Below, piece after piece: positions 7,714-18,953 of a DNA stretch of 64,000 bases. The notes beneath the pieces are model-generated. The model saw only the letters and a program-made list of their open reading frames with translations. It had not been told where the DNA came from and ran no database searches. Within the stretch, counting starts at the first letter, position 1. The number at the start of each line of letters is the position of its first letter. This DNA is from a virus, in the IMG/VR virus record IMGVR_UViG_3300029119_000326. One strand, given 5' to 3'. The position numbers and the translations under genes were made by a program.

Positions 7714-8943
7714 ATGAAAAACAAAACTAAAATGTTATCAATCGTTTTGGCGATTGTTATGATTCTAACAAGTGTCAGCATTGGTGTGCCGACATTCGCA
7801 GCAAGTAAGCCAAGCGCAACGCAAATTACTTCAATTAAGGCTGTTGATAATGGCTTTAAAGTTAAGTGGAAAAAGAAATCTTGCACAGGTTATCAGGTGC
7901 AGTACAGTACCTCAAAGAAGTTTACTTCAAAAACTTCTAAAACTTTGAAAGTAAACAAAGCAAAGACTACAAGCAAAACTGTAAAGAAACTCAAAGCAAA
8001 AAAGAAGTATTATGTAAGAGTAAGAACATACAAAACTGTTAAAAAGAAGAATTACTATTCAAAGTGGTCGGCTAATTACAGCGTGACTACTAAGGCAAAG
8101 AAAGGTTCTTCAAGCAGACCAAATAATTCTTCTGTTATTGCAATTCGGTCGGTATCGTATATAACCGGTAAAAACTATGGCTTTAAAGTTACTTGGAATA
8201 AAGTCAGTGGTGCGCAGGGATATAAAGTAGAGTGTTCACAAGATAAAAATTTTAAAGAATTTCTTTATTCTTGTGAAATCAACAACGGAAATATTACATC
8301 TAAAACATTTACTGAAAATAAAGATGGAATTGATACCGATGCTGCGGCAATTACTACTTGGTATTTTAGAGTAAAATATTATGATAAAAATTTCAACTCT
8401 AAACCTTGGTCAAAAGTTGTTGTTAAAGACTCATATGAAAAAAATGACTATACAAATCTAATGAATAATGCTTATAATGAAATGAATATTACATCTTCAA
8501 TGACTGATATTCAAAAAATAGGTGCTATTCAAAATTGGATTGGAAATCATTGGGAGTATGCACAAAACAAAAATTACGAAGATGCTTTTGATACTTACCA
8601 ATTAGCAAAATACGGATATGGCGCTTGTGGTCAGTTTGCAGAAAATTTTGTCTATTTCTGTAACAAAGCTAATTTAAAGTGCTATGTTATTAGTGGTTCA
8701 AGAAAGATAACAACAGGTGACCATACTTGGAACTTTATATGTGTTAATGGCGAATGGTATAATTACGATTGTGAATCAGGAGTTGGAAAAGCTGGCTTTT
8801 TTCCTGAAAGTAGAGCTACTGAATCATATAAACTTGATAGTTTAAGCGAATCAATTTTCATGTCGAATCAACCACATGGCAATAACCATAAAGCGTTAAA
8901 TGAAAAATTATATTATTTTTATCCATTGTGTAAAAATAATTGA
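7714..8943 (+). CDS. secreted protein with Fn3-like repeats and a C-terminal transglutaminase-like cysteine protease domain
   Basis: Signal peptide. Repeats ...GYQVQYSTSKKF...KKLKAKKKYYVRVRTYK. GACGQFA...GDHTWNFI...YNYDCE Cys/His/Asp core. Confidence 0.6.
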   Translation: MKNKTKMLSIVLAIVMILTSVSIGVPTFAASKPSATQITSIKAVDNGFKVKWKKKSCTGYQVQYSTSKKFTSKTSKTLKVNKAKTTSKTVKKLKAKKKYYVRVRTYKTVKKKNYYSKWSANYSVTTKAKKGSSSRPNNSSVIAIRSVSYITGKNYGFKVTWNKVSGAQGYKVECSQDKNFKEFLYSCEINNGNITSKTFTENKDGIDTDAAAITTWYFRVKYYDKNFNSKPWSKVVVKDSYEKNDYTNLMNNAYNEMNITSSMTDIQKIGAIQNWIGNHWEYAQNKNYEDAFDTYQLAKYGYGACGQFAENFVYFCNKANLKCYVISGSRKITTGDHTWNFICVNGEWYNYDCESGVGKAGFFPESRATESYKLDSLSESIFMSNQPHGNNHKALNEKLYYFYPLCKNN

Positions 8944-9087
8944 GCAAAAGTCAATTTTAAAAAAGTGTACTTTATATTAAATAATAATATATCATCTAAT
9001 TGTCATCATGTATAGGCAAAAGTATTGAAAAAGCAGTTTAAATGTTACTGAAAAACAATCATAGTTTGTTGCAATTAAAATAATTTT

Positions 9088-9126
9088 AAGAACTATCAAA
9101 TTTTATGTTTGATAGTTCTTTTTTTA
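9088..9126 (+). terminator. rho-independent terminator
   Basis: Perfect 13-bp stem aagaactatcaaa/tttgatagttctt followed by T5. Confidence 0.55.
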
Positions 9127-9280
9127 TGCATAAAACTAAATAATTGAAAGGTGGTGAATGGTAATGAAAAAATATTTTTCAGGATTTATTTAGAATGAAA
9201 TTGAAAGATTTTATTTTATTTTCCGGAAAGTAAATTAAAAAAATTAAAAACTAAAAGTCTCAAAGAAAGGAGAGGACTAT

Positions 9281-12200
9281 ATGAAAATTCGAAATAAAAC
9301 GATCGGGAAGCGCATATTAGCTGTGCTATTATCATTGCTTACAGTATTAAGCTGTATGACGATAGGATTCGCACCGGCATATGCACTTGATTCGACAGCT
9401 AAAGAATGGAACGGACATCACCGGTTTTCTGTTGATGGAAAAGATGCATATTGTATTAACTACGGTCAAGCTTCAAATGGCAAATTTGAAACAAATACTG
9501 CGGCAAGAAAATATTGGTCCAGTTTAGGTTCAACTAAACAAAACAATATTGAAAAAGTTCTTACATATGCAGGTGATAAAGGCTATTTGAATTCATCAAA
9601 AGATGAAACATATTTTGCCGTTCAAAGAGCAATTTGGAAACAAATAAACAACAAAGCTGAAAACGAACTGAAGAGCTGGTTTAAATCTCAAACCAAGAGT
9701 GTTTACGATGATATTATTGATAATTATAAAGGTAGTGCATATAAAACTACTAAACCAAAATTTAGTAACATAATACTTGAAGCACAATATGATAAAGACG
9801 GTAATGTTACATCATACAAAGGTTCAGGTACAGATAAAAATAGTGTATTGTCTAATTGGTCCATTACTGATAAAGCAGGACTTACTGTTAGCACTTCAGG
9901 CAGTAAACTCAATGTATCGTCAAGCAGTTATTTTGCTGGTAAGAAGACCATAAAACTTAAAAGTAAAAAGAAATTTTACACTATCGCTTCAGATCAAATA
10001 GGACATTTTGGTGACCAAGAAGTTATTGCTATTGGTACTTCAAAAGCTATTGAATCAAAGTTGTCAGCATCTATTGATAAAAATTATGGTTCAATTCAAA
10101 TTACAAAAATAGCTGAAACAGGCGAAGTAATGAGTGGTATTCAGTTTGATTTGTATGATTCGACAGGCAATACATATTATGCTTCTGATTGGACTGATGA
10201 AACAGGTGTGGCATCGTTTGATGATATTAATGCCGGTACATATGTAGTTAAGGAAGTATGTCCTGATGGTTATGTACCTTATGGTTCAATTTATCAGCAA
10301 ACGGTAACAGTAACAGCTAAGCAAACAACCAATGTAGCAAATCATCCAAGCGGTAAATGGGTAAATACCTTGCAGCGTGGTGATATTTATATCCATAAGA
10401 CGATTGAGGATACAAATACACCGTATCAAGCACAATTTACATTGTATGATTCAGACGGTAATTATGTATTGTCAGGAACAACAAATACTGCCGGTGATTT
10501 GTATTTTTGTAATGTACCGATTGGATATTATCAACTTAAAGAAACCAATACATTTAACGGTAATGTTATAGATTGGCAAAAGGTATATTATACTTACGAT
10601 TATAATTCCGGTCAGTATGTAGCAAATAAGGGTGATTCGATATATGTAGCATGGGATGGTCAAACAAGTTATCCATATGCAAATCAAGTATGTCATAACG
10701 GTTGGTTGAACGATAATGATGATGTAACAAAAGGTGGCGTAAATCTTTGCGATTGGTATAACCTTATTAACTATTCAGGTGAAAATACAATAGTTAATAG
10801 ATATAAGCGTGGCGATTTAAGATTGCATAAATTAGCAGAAGAGCCAGTAGAAGTATCGGAAAACGGTTATACATATAAGTACACATCAAACGATAATGTA
10901 GGAACATATAAATCATTATCCGGTGCAACATTTACTGCTACAAGCTACTCAAATCAAAATGTTTTGGGTAGAGATTTAACATTTACAACTACTACCGGTG
11001 CAGACGGATATGCATATTTCTGCGATATGCCAATTGGTGTATATACAGTACAAGAGGTTAATACAGACAGTAAGTATGTTCAACCGGCTTCACAAACATT
11101 TTATGTTGATTGGGATGGCAATACTTCCTATGATGTATCAGGTGCTAATTTTAGAAACACTGCAAACTACTTTACAGGTAATAATACAAACACATTAACC
11201 TTTATCAATTACTTGAAGTATTTTAGATTTGAGTTTTCAAAACTTGATGAAACTACAAACAGTTCAACTGCTCAAGGTGATGCTTCACTTGCAGGTGCTG
11301 TGTATGAATTGTATAAAGGTGATGAACTTGTAGGCACATATACGACAGATGCAAAAGGTAAATTTACCACAAAGTATCATGTATGCGGTTCAGATTATTA
11401 CCTTAAAGAAAAATCATCTTCATCCGGTTACTTTATCAACCCTGATAAAATAACCATTTCGGAAGATTGTACTAAATATACTGCACGATTAAATGATACA
11501 AAGTATTCACAAACCGAACTTGAAAAATACGGCAAAATCGAAATCATTAAGCATTACGATCCTGATGATGAAACACAAATTGAGCAACCTGAAGAAGGAG
11601 CTGAATTTCAAGTATATTTGAAATCTGCCGGCTCATATGATAATGCAAAAGATAATGAAAAGGATTATCTTGTAACGGATAAAGACGGTCATGCTGTATC
11701 TAAAAAATTGCCTTACGGTGATTATGTAATTCACCAAACAAAAAGCACTGAAGGCACGCTTTTTGTACCTGATAAAGTACAAGGTATACAAACAGGTTTA
11801 AACGGTGATAAATTTTATTCTGATGATTACCTTATTAAAAACAACGATGTATCAATTGAAGATACTGTAATTTCATATAAGTATTTGATGTTAGATACAC
11901 TCGATAAAGCGTATATCAAACTTGTAAAAGAAGACAGCGAAACAGGTAAAATAATTCCATATAACGAATTACAGGGTGCTGTGTTCCAAATTCTTGATAA
12001 GGATTTGAATGTTATTTCAATGACATATACATACCCAAAGAAAATAACTGTTAACTCTTTTACAATTAACGATGAAGGATATATTATCACTCCACAGAAG
12101 CTTAAATACGGCACATATTATCTTGTAGAAGTACAATCACCATACGGATATTATAATCCAAACGGTGAGCTTGTAAGCGTTGATAACGGTACATATAAAT

Positions 12201-15148
12201 ATGATGCAAATAAGGTCGTTAAAACTAAATTCAAAGTTGATACAGTTAATAATGATTACGAAGTTGATAAAAGTGATAAAGAGTTTATTACAATTAACAT
12301 TCCAATCAAAAATACAAATCAGTATCCAACACTTTCAATTGAAAAGAGAGGTGAAGTCTTCTCATCAGTAATTGAAAAAGATAATACATATTATCCGGTA
12401 TATCAAGTTGAAGGCTTAAAGAATGCAGTATATGCAGTCACAGCAAGTGAGGATATTGTAACACCTGACGGTACAGTTCGTTACAAGAAAGGTCAAATGG
12501 TTTGCAAAATGACAACAGGTGAAAATGGCATTGCTAATTCACAGTCAAGCAAAACTGAATGGCTTGGAGACTGGAAACATTTGTATCTCGGTAAATATGA
12601 AATTACTGAAATCAAAGCACCGTATGGATATATTCTTAATTCAAACACACAGTATGTTGAGTTTACATATCAAGGTCAAAATGTCGAAACATTTGATACT
12701 TCATTAACTTATAATAACGATAGACAAACTGTCGAAAGTAAAGGTAATAAACAACTTGAAGTAAACAAAACTTATGGAATAGGTGACAACGGTGAAATTC
12801 AATCAGTAGTGTTTGGTCTTTTTGCAAGTGAAGATATTGTAGCATCAGACGGTAAGAAGATTCCAAAAGACGGTTTAATTCAAGCTGTAAATGTATCAAG
12901 TGACGGTACATTTGGTTTTGATGCGGACCTTCCAATCGGTCACAAATATTATGTAAAGGAAATCTCAACTGATAATCATTACATTCTTGATGATACAAAA
13001 TATCCTGTTGACTTTGAGTATAAAGGACAGGATGTTGAAAAACAAACTATCAATATTAACGATAATAAAGTGATAAAGAATTCACTTAAATACGGTAAGT
13101 TAAGCGGTCTTAAAAAGGATGATTTGGGTAATAAACTTCAAGGTGTAACATTTGGTTTGTTTAAATCAACTGAAACGAAGTTTACAAAGGACACAGCAAT
13201 TGTAACAACTACTACCGATAAAAACGGTAAGTTTGAATTTACAAACATTCCGGTAGGTGATTACAAGCTTGTAGAACTTAAAGCACCAAAAGATTATGTA
13301 TTCTCCAAAGAACCTGTTGCAATTACAGTCAGTGAAGACGGACAAACAATTACCAAAGAGATAACAAATATCCTTGCAAGAGGACAGGTTAAAATATCAA
13401 AAGAGGGCGAAGTCTTTTATTCTGTAAAGGAAAATGAAGACGGTACTCAAACACCTATATATAAGTTACAAAAGCTTGCAGGTGTAGTATTTGACATTGT
13501 AGCTGCAAAAGATATTGTAACTCCTGACGGTGTAGTTCGTGCAAAGAAAGGCGATGTAGTTGATACAATTACAACTAATGATTCCGGTTATGCCGAAAGT
13601 AAAAAGCTTTTCCTCGGCGAATATACAGTCAAAGAAGTTAAAACTCCTGCCGGTTATTATCTTGATACAAATAACTATAAAGAAGGGGAAAATCTCTTTA
13701 ATGTAACGCTTGAATTTGAAAACAGTGATAAAGAAATTGTTGTTAAAAATCTTGATGTAATCAACCAAAGACAAAGAGCAGAAGTTTCACTTCTTAAATC
13801 AATGGAAAAGGATGAAACCTTTAATATTGACGGTAAGAATGAAATCAAAAATGTAGTATTTGGTCTTTTTGCAAAAGAAGATATGACAGCATTAGACGGT
13901 TCACAAATCACAAAAGACAGCGTAATTGCACTTGCCAAACCGGATGAAAACGGTAAAGTTTCCTTTAATGTAGATTTACCTTACGGTTATAAATACTATG
14001 TAAAAGAAATGGCAACCGATATTCATTATTCGCTTAATGAAGCTGAATATGAGTTTTCATTCGATACAAAAGATAACTCACTAAACACACAAAAGATAGC
14101 TTTAAATAATAGTAAAGAAGTTGTAAATGAACTTAAAAGAGGTACAATAATCGGTCATAAAACATCCGAAGACGGTACTGCACTTGCAGGTGCAACATTC
14201 GGTTTGTTCTATTCTGACTGTACTCAATTTACTGCAGATAACGCCATTATGACAGCTACATCTGATGCAACCGGCACATTCAAATTTGAATATGTTGACT
14301 ACGGTAAGTTTATTATAAGGGAAATTCAAGCCCCTGCAAAACATGCACTTGATACTACAAATTATGAAGTATCAATACAAGAACATAATCAAATAGTAAA
14401 CATAAATGTATCAAACAAACTTATCAGAGCAACCGTAATTGTTACAAAGATTGATAAGGAATATCCTGACAACAAGCTTTCAGGCGCAACCTTTGCAATC
14501 TTCAATGATGTAAATGAAAACGGTATCTATGATGAAAATATTGATACCCTGTACGGTAATCTTAATGAAACCGAACAAGGTATTTACAAATTATCAAACA
14601 TTCCTTACGGTCATTATTTAGTTAAAGAAACTGAAGCACCAAAAGGTTTTGAACTTGACAATACTTATTATCCGGTATTCATTTGTGAGGATCAAGCAGT
14701 GTACAACATTCAAAACAACGGCGAATGTTTCATAAATAATGCACTTACCGGAACGCTTAAAGTTATTAAAAAATCTTCTGACGGCACAGTAGAAGGCTTT
14801 GATTTCTTAATCAAAGGTGTATCTGATTCAGGTACTCCTGTTGAAATTACAGCTACTACAAATGCTGACGGTGAAATAGTTATTCCTTCACTTCGTACAG
14901 GTACTTATACAATTTCGGAAGTTCAAAACAAACTTTCCAAAAAGTATATTACTCCTAAATCTCAAACAGTTACCATTCTTGAAGGTAAAACTACTACCGT
15001 TAATTTCTTCAATAAGCTTAAAGATGTTGGTATTCCTAAAACCGGTACGAATATTGCAATTGTATATGGAACAATAATCGTACTTGCTGTTTCTCTTGGT
15101 GCTTCTTTAATAGTTTATTCAAAAAGGAAGAAAAATTCAACAAAATAA
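9281..15148 (+). CDS. sortase-anchored giant adhesin (1955 aa): N-terminal thioester domain (TED), many CnaB/SpaA-type isopeptide repeats, C-terminal IPKTG sorting signal
   Basis: Signal peptide. AYCINYGQ (YC-phi-N) and FAVQRAIW (Q-x-A-I-W) TED motifs. Repeated ...GAVYELY.../...GATFGLF...KFEF... Cna-B-like modules. GIPKTG + hydrophobic segment + KRKK. Confidence 0.8.
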   Translation: MKIRNKTIGKRILAVLLSLLTVLSCMTIGFAPAYALDSTAKEWNGHHRFSVDGKDAYCINYGQASNGKFETNTAARKYWSSLGSTKQNNIEKVLTYAGDKGYLNSSKDETYFAVQRAIWKQINNKAENELKSWFKSQTKSVYDDIIDNYKGSAYKTTKPKFSNIILEAQYDKDGNVTSYKGSGTDKNSVLSNWSITDKAGLTVSTSGSKLNVSSSSYFAGKKTIKLKSKKKFYTIASDQIGHFGDQEVIAIGTSKAIESKLSASIDKNYGSIQITKIAETGEVMSGIQFDLYDSTGNTYYASDWTDETGVASFDDINAGTYVVKEVCPDGYVPYGSIYQQTVTVTAKQTTNVANHPSGKWVNTLQRGDIYIHKTIEDTNTPYQAQFTLYDSDGNYVLSGTTNTAGDLYFCNVPIGYYQLKETNTFNGNVIDWQKVYYTYDYNSGQYVANKGDSIYVAWDGQTSYPYANQVCHNGWLNDNDDVTKGGVNLCDWYNLINYSGENTIVNRYKRGDLRLHKLAEEPVEVSENGYTYKYTSNDNVGTYKSLSGATFTATSYSNQNVLGRDLTFTTTTGADGYAYFCDMPIGVYTVQEVNTDSKYVQPASQTFYVDWDGNTSYDVSGANFRNTANYFTGNNTNTLTFINYLKYFRFEFSKLDETTNSSTAQGDASLAGAVYELYKGDELVGTYTTDAKGKFTTKYHVCGSDYYLKEKSSSSGYFINPDKITISEDCTKYTARLNDTKYSQTELEKYGKIEIIKHYDPDDETQIEQPEEGAEFQVYLKSAGSYDNAKDNEKDYLVTDKDGHAVSKKLPYGDYVIHQTKSTEGTLFVPDKVQGIQTGLNGDKFYSDDYLIKNNDVSIEDTVISYKYLMLDTLDKAYIKLVKEDSETGKIIPYNELQGAVFQILDKDLNVISMTYTYPKKITVNSFTINDEGYIITPQKLKYGTYYLVEVQSPYGYYNPNGELVSVDNGTYKYDANKVVKTKFKVDTVNNDYEVDKSDKEFITINIPIKNTNQYPTLSIEKRGEVFSSVIEKDNTYYPVYQVEGLKNAVYAVTASEDIVTPDGTVRYKKGQMVCKMTTGENGIANSQSSKTEWLGDWKHLYLGKYEITEIKAPYGYILNSNTQYVEFTYQGQNVETFDTSLTYNNDRQTVESKGNKQLEVNKTYGIGDNGEIQSVVFGLFASEDIVASDGKKIPKDGLIQAVNVSSDGTFGFDADLPIGHKYYVKEISTDNHYILDDTKYPVDFEYKGQDVEKQTININDNKVIKNSLKYGKLSGLKKDDLGNKLQGVTFGLFKSTETKFTKDTAIVTTTTDKNGKFEFTNIPVGDYKLVELKAPKDYVFSKEPVAITVSEDGQTITKEITNILARGQVKISKEGEVFYSVKENEDGTQTPIYKLQKLAGVVFDIVAAKDIVTPDGVVRAKKGDVVDTITTNDSGYAESKKLFLGEYTVKEVKTPAGYYLDTNNYKEGENLFNVTLEFENSDKEIVVKNLDVINQRQRAEVSLLKSMEKDETFNIDGKNEIKNVVFGLFAKEDMTALDGSQITKDSVIALAKPDENGKVSFNVDLPYGYKYYVKEMATDIHYSLNEAEYEFSFDTKDNSLNTQKIALNNSKEVVNELKRGTIIGHKTSEDGTALAGATFGLFYSDCTQFTADNAIMTATSDATGTFKFEYVDYGKFIIREIQAPAKHALDTTNYEVSIQEHNQIVNINVSNKLIRATVIVTKIDKEYPDNKLSGATFAIFNDVNENGIYDENIDTLYGNLNETEQGIYKLSNIPYGHYLVKETEAPKGFELDNTYYPVFICEDQAVYNIQNNGECFINNALTGTLKVIKKSSDGTVEGFDFLIKGVSDSGTPVEITATTNADGEIVIPSLRTGTYTISEVQNKLSKKYITPKSQTVTILEGKTTTVNFFNKLKDVGIPKTGTNIAIVYGTIIVLAVSLGASLIVYSKRKKNSTK

Positions 15149-15188
15149 GATTGATTGTAATTATTTTTTAACTTTAAGTATTTAATTT

Positions 15189-15237
15189 AAGGCACAGGGA
15201 ATGACAAATGATTTCTCTGTGCCTTTTAATTTTTTTA
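15189..15237 (+). terminator. rho-independent terminator after the adhesin gene
   Basis: aaggcacag...ctgtgcctt stem followed by ttaattttttt. Confidence 0.6.
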
Positions 15238-15264
15238 CACAAAGATAATGTAAAGGAGAATACT

Positions 15265-15885
15265 ATGATCAATATATATAAGCACAATGATGTGTTAGAT
15301 TTGATTAAATTGGTTAATTCAATGAAAGTTGTTTCTATGCCGCAGATAAAAAAATATTTTGCTAACAAAGGTATTGAAGGTGATAGATTATCTAACATTT
15401 TAACAATCACTGAAAAATCCGGAAGAATTTTTTTTACTGATACGAAAACATTTGCAGTAAATCAAAAACATATGTTAGAGGAAAATTATTTTAATTTGTA
15501 TATGAATATTTATAAAATTGCTTGGCTTTATTGCGAACTTTCTTCAATATATGATGAAATAAATACTGATTGTAAATTTCCATGTAAAGCTTTTTTGTAC
15601 AATTCTAAATCTGCAAAAACAATGCATATTTTTCAAATTTCTAATAACAGTTTTGAAAATGACTGTATAAATATTGAAACTAATTTTGATATTCCAATAA
15701 CTCAAAAGCATCCAATTGATTCGATAATAATACTTGATTCAATTGATAAATTAAATGAAATATGCCTTCCGGATTGTATTAAAGTTATTGCATATTCGGT
15801 GATCAATAAACTCGATAACGGTAATGCCGAAACACTTTTTTATAATTCGAAGGGGGAAAGGATGAAAATAAATACTAATGGGTAA
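15265..15885 (+). CDS. hypothetical protein
   Basis: ATG after aaaggagaatact. The six-frame start at 15208 overlaps the terminator. Confidence 0.45.
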   Translation: MINIYKHNDVLDLIKLVNSMKVVSMPQIKKYFANKGIEGDRLSNILTITEKSGRIFFTDTKTFAVNQKHMLEENYFNLYMNIYKIAWLYCELSSIYDEINTDCKFPCKAFLYNSKSAKTMHIFQISNNSFENDCINIETNFDIPITQKHPIDSIIILDSIDKLNEICLPDCIKVIAYSVINKLDNGNAETLFYNSKGERMKINTNG

Positions 15886-16600
15886 TATAAACAACGAAAA
15901 AATATCTCGTAAACTTATAACAATCAATAAAGGTCTTGATAGAGCAATGTATCAAACTTCGCAATCTAAAGACGGCATTATTGAAAACGATACTAATCTT
16001 TACGAAGATAAACTTATAGAAGCTTTGCTTAATACTGAAAAACAATATATTGAACTAAAAAAATTAGCTGCACTTACAATTAGCAATAAAGTAATTCTTA
16101 AGAACATTGAAAAAAATGAAAAAGAAGTTGCTAACATTGATATAAAATTATTAAAAAAAGGAATTATTTGTTTGTCAATTCCAATTATAACTCCTTTTTC
16201 TATTTATCACACATTGCAGTTATATCCCAAAAATATTGAACGCCCATATATTGTAAATGCAATTGACAAAACTTTTTCTCAATTATATTTGATTCAAAAA
16301 GAACTTGAAAACTTCTTCGATGATAATAATATTGAACAAGAAAAATACAAACATATGTCAGTTATTTTTATAAATCATTATGGCGAAAAGTATGATAACA
16401 TCCGTATTCCTGATTCTAATAATTATGCGTATAAAGCATTAACAGATGTAATTTGTTCTGTATTTAAGTGTGAAGAAATCGGTTCAGTAGTTGACACTAT
16501 CATTCAATCTCGTAGTGGTAGGGAAACATTTACAGAAATTTATATTCTTCCTTGCCAATATGATTTTAAAAAAACTGCTCTTGAACTTCAAAAAAGATAA
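15878..16600 (+). CDS. hypothetical protein, paralog of 16617-17366
   Basis: Shared ...DNYAYK...TFTEIYILP C-terminal block. Confidence 0.45.
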   Translation: MGNINNEKISRKLITINKGLDRAMYQTSQSKDGIIENDTNLYEDKLIEALLNTEKQYIELKKLAALTISNKVILKNIEKNEKEVANIDIKLLKKGIICLSIPIITPFSIYHTLQLYPKNIERPYIVNAIDKTFSQLYLIQKELENFFDDNNIEQEKYKHMSVIFINHYGEKYDNIRIPDSNNYAYKALTDVICSVFKCEEIGSVVDTIIQSRSGRETFTEIYILPCQYDFKKTALELQKR

Positions 16601-16616
16601 CAGGATGTAAAACAAA

Positions 16617-17366
16617 ATGATAAGCGAAAATTTTAAAAACAGGCTTAACGAATCATTGAAAAAAAATCGTGAAAGATTGAAAAAAATTGAATTTTATTTT
16701 GATGAATGTCAAAAAAATATCAATGAAAATGATAAAAAATCTTACGATGAAAATATGATTGAGGCACTATATAACAGTGATTTAATGGCACTGAATTTGC
16801 GTAATTTATCTTCCGTTACAATAGATCCTATTTGGACTATCAATCATCCTAAAGAACAAAATCAAGTATTAAAAAAAGTCGAAAATATGGAATTATCTTT
16901 ATATGATATATCAATTTCAACATTAAAAAACGGCGGTTTTAAAATCAAAATGCCAATTATAAAACCGTTTGCACGATATAAAAAAGTAAAACTTTTTGAC
17001 GAATCTCGAAAAAAAAATTATGCAATTAAATGTATCGAAGATGTTGAATATGATTCAAAAATTATTTCATTAGCAATAAAAAAATTCTTATCAGAAAACA
17101 AAATAAATAAAATCAATACCAACAAATTAACAATTGTTTATGTAAATAATTATGATGAAAAGTATATCAAATCAGATTTTCCTGACACGGATAACTATTC
17201 ATATAAGAGAATTTCTGATGAAATTTTGAAAAATTTTTCGATAGATATTGATGATTCTTGGGTCGATTTTTGCTACTTTTCTCGTAAAAATATTTCTACT
17301 TTTACTGAAATTTTTATTCTTCCGAATGAATCTTTTTTTGAATTTTTTTGCTCTGAAATTGATTAA
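16617..17366 (+). CDS. hypothetical protein, paralog of 15878-16600
   Basis: Shared ...DNYSYK...TFTEIFILP block. Confidence 0.45.
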   Translation: MISENFKNRLNESLKKNRERLKKIEFYFDECQKNINENDKKSYDENMIEALYNSDLMALNLRNLSSVTIDPIWTINHPKEQNQVLKKVENMELSLYDISISTLKNGGFKIKMPIIKPFARYKKVKLFDESRKKNYAIKCIEDVEYDSKIISLAIKKFLSENKINKINTNKLTIVYVNNYDEKYIKSDFPDTDNYSYKRISDEILKNFSIDIDDSWVDFCYFSRKNISTFTEIFILPNESFFEFFCSEID

Positions 17367-17404
17367 AAAATTAACGAATTTTTTTGAGTTTTTATTTCAA
17401 AAGT

Positions 17405-17466
17405 GGGTATTTTTAAGAAATTTTTACCATTCAGAATTAGAAAGGTAAAAATACCCAGTTTTTTCC
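17405..17466 (+). terminator. structured terminator-like element
   Basis: gggtattttta...taaaaataccc outer stem with an inner tttttacc/ggtaaaa stem, followed by T6. Confidence 0.4.
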
Positions 17467-17642
17467 TTTAAAATAGGGCAAAAACAGCACTTTTTGAACG
17501 AGGTAGCGATTAAGTCTTAAAAATCAACACAAAAGTATAAAACCAATAAAAACAAAAAGTAACCATCAAAAATATTTAAACTCACGCTACTAATCAAGAA
17601 AAAAGCGTGAGAAGGAATATTGAAAGAGTGAGGCTAAATGTT

Positions 17643-18851
17643 ATGAAACTGAATATGAAGATTACATCACAGTATCGCAAAAATTTATTATATGTGATTG
17701 GTCAATATCATTTCTTACCAAGTAATGTAACAATGATAGTAAGTGCATATCCATTTTTTGAAAATGAAGAAAAGCTTAATACTACATATAGGCATATGTC
17801 GGAAAAACATCTTGTTCAAAAAATAAAAACACTTAACACAACAAAATCAATTAAAAATCAAAAAGACACGATTGTTACAACAGAACTTGGAAATTTAGCA
17901 ATGGCAAATAATGATATAAAAACAAATCAATTAGTAGAAGGCAAAATAACAAGCACTAAACAAAGAACATTGTATTACGCTGCTGAATGTGAAATATTCT
18001 TTAGAGCGTTTTGTGAAAGCGCAAATGACAAATTCAAAAATTATTTGAATCGACAAATGATACAGTTTGCTTTAAAAAATTCAAAGATAATCAATAAAAA
18101 GATTTTGTTAGCAATTAAGGGTACGAGAGTTTATGGTTTATGGAAAACACCAAACAGGTACTTCCGTTTTTACAATGTTCAAGAATACAACATTCGACTT
18201 ATAACAGCACAAGAGGAAAATTTAGTTACTGCTTTGTGTACCACACAGAATATTACAGAAAATGAAATTGGAGATTCGATTTTGCTTGCCAAGAATGTTG
18301 AAACAATTAACAAGTATATTGATGTGCAAAATGAGCAGGAACTTGAAAAGAAGGTACTTGAAACAAAATACAGTCGAAATACGAATCGAATATTTGATGT
18401 ATCAGGTACTTACTACGATTTTGAACATTTGAAATATTTTGTGTACAACTCGCCAGAGCAAACATACATTTTAAATTTTCTACTTTATAGTAATGTGAGA
18501 AAATCAAATGAACATAGCAATTTGGAACATTTAATACAAAGATACATAATTGCATTGAATCCAAATAGGCACTTCATAGCGAGAAAGTATGGAAATACAG
18601 TTTATGAGAGTAACGAAGAAATTGCTTTTGAAATAGTAACACAGGAACTTAACAAATTAAAAGGTATTGTTGTGAATATAAAAGCAATGCGAAACGGATA
18701 TTTTAATGAAAAAAGAAAGATTGTAATTTACGGATGTGATTTTAACAAAAAACTGTATAACAGATTATTTTCTAAATATGAAAATATAGAATTTAGGTAC
18801 TTAAATAAAAATGAATTGCTTGAATATGTTAAAGCAAGAGCTAACGAATAG
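17643..18851 (+). CDS. hypothetical protein (about 400 aa), upstream of the coupling protein
   Basis: ORF. A ctcacgc...gcgtgag hairpin at 17580-17611 precedes it. No HUH motif seen. Confidence 0.4.
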   Translation: MKLNMKITSQYRKNLLYVIGQYHFLPSNVTMIVSAYPFFENEEKLNTTYRHMSEKHLVQKIKTLNTTKSIKNQKDTIVTTELGNLAMANNDIKTNQLVEGKITSTKQRTLYYAAECEIFFRAFCESANDKFKNYLNRQMIQFALKNSKIINKKILLAIKGTRVYGLWKTPNRYFRFYNVQEYNIRLITAQEENLVTALCTTQNITENEIGDSILLAKNVETINKYIDVQNEQELEKKVLETKYSRNTNRIFDVSGTYYDFEHLKYFVYNSPEQTYILNFLLYSNVRKSNEHSNLEHLIQRYIIALNPNRHFIARKYGNTVYESNEEIAFEIVTQELNKLKGIVVNIKAMRNGYFNEKRKIVIYGCDFNKKLYNRLFSKYENIEFRYLNKNELLEYVKARANE

Positions 18852-18953
18852 GTACTTAAAAATCTATTTAATGAAAGGGTGTGGATGGAAAACAAATAAA
18901 ACCTGTTAGGTCAGTAGGTACTCAAAAAATAAAAATAAAATGAAAGGAAACCG

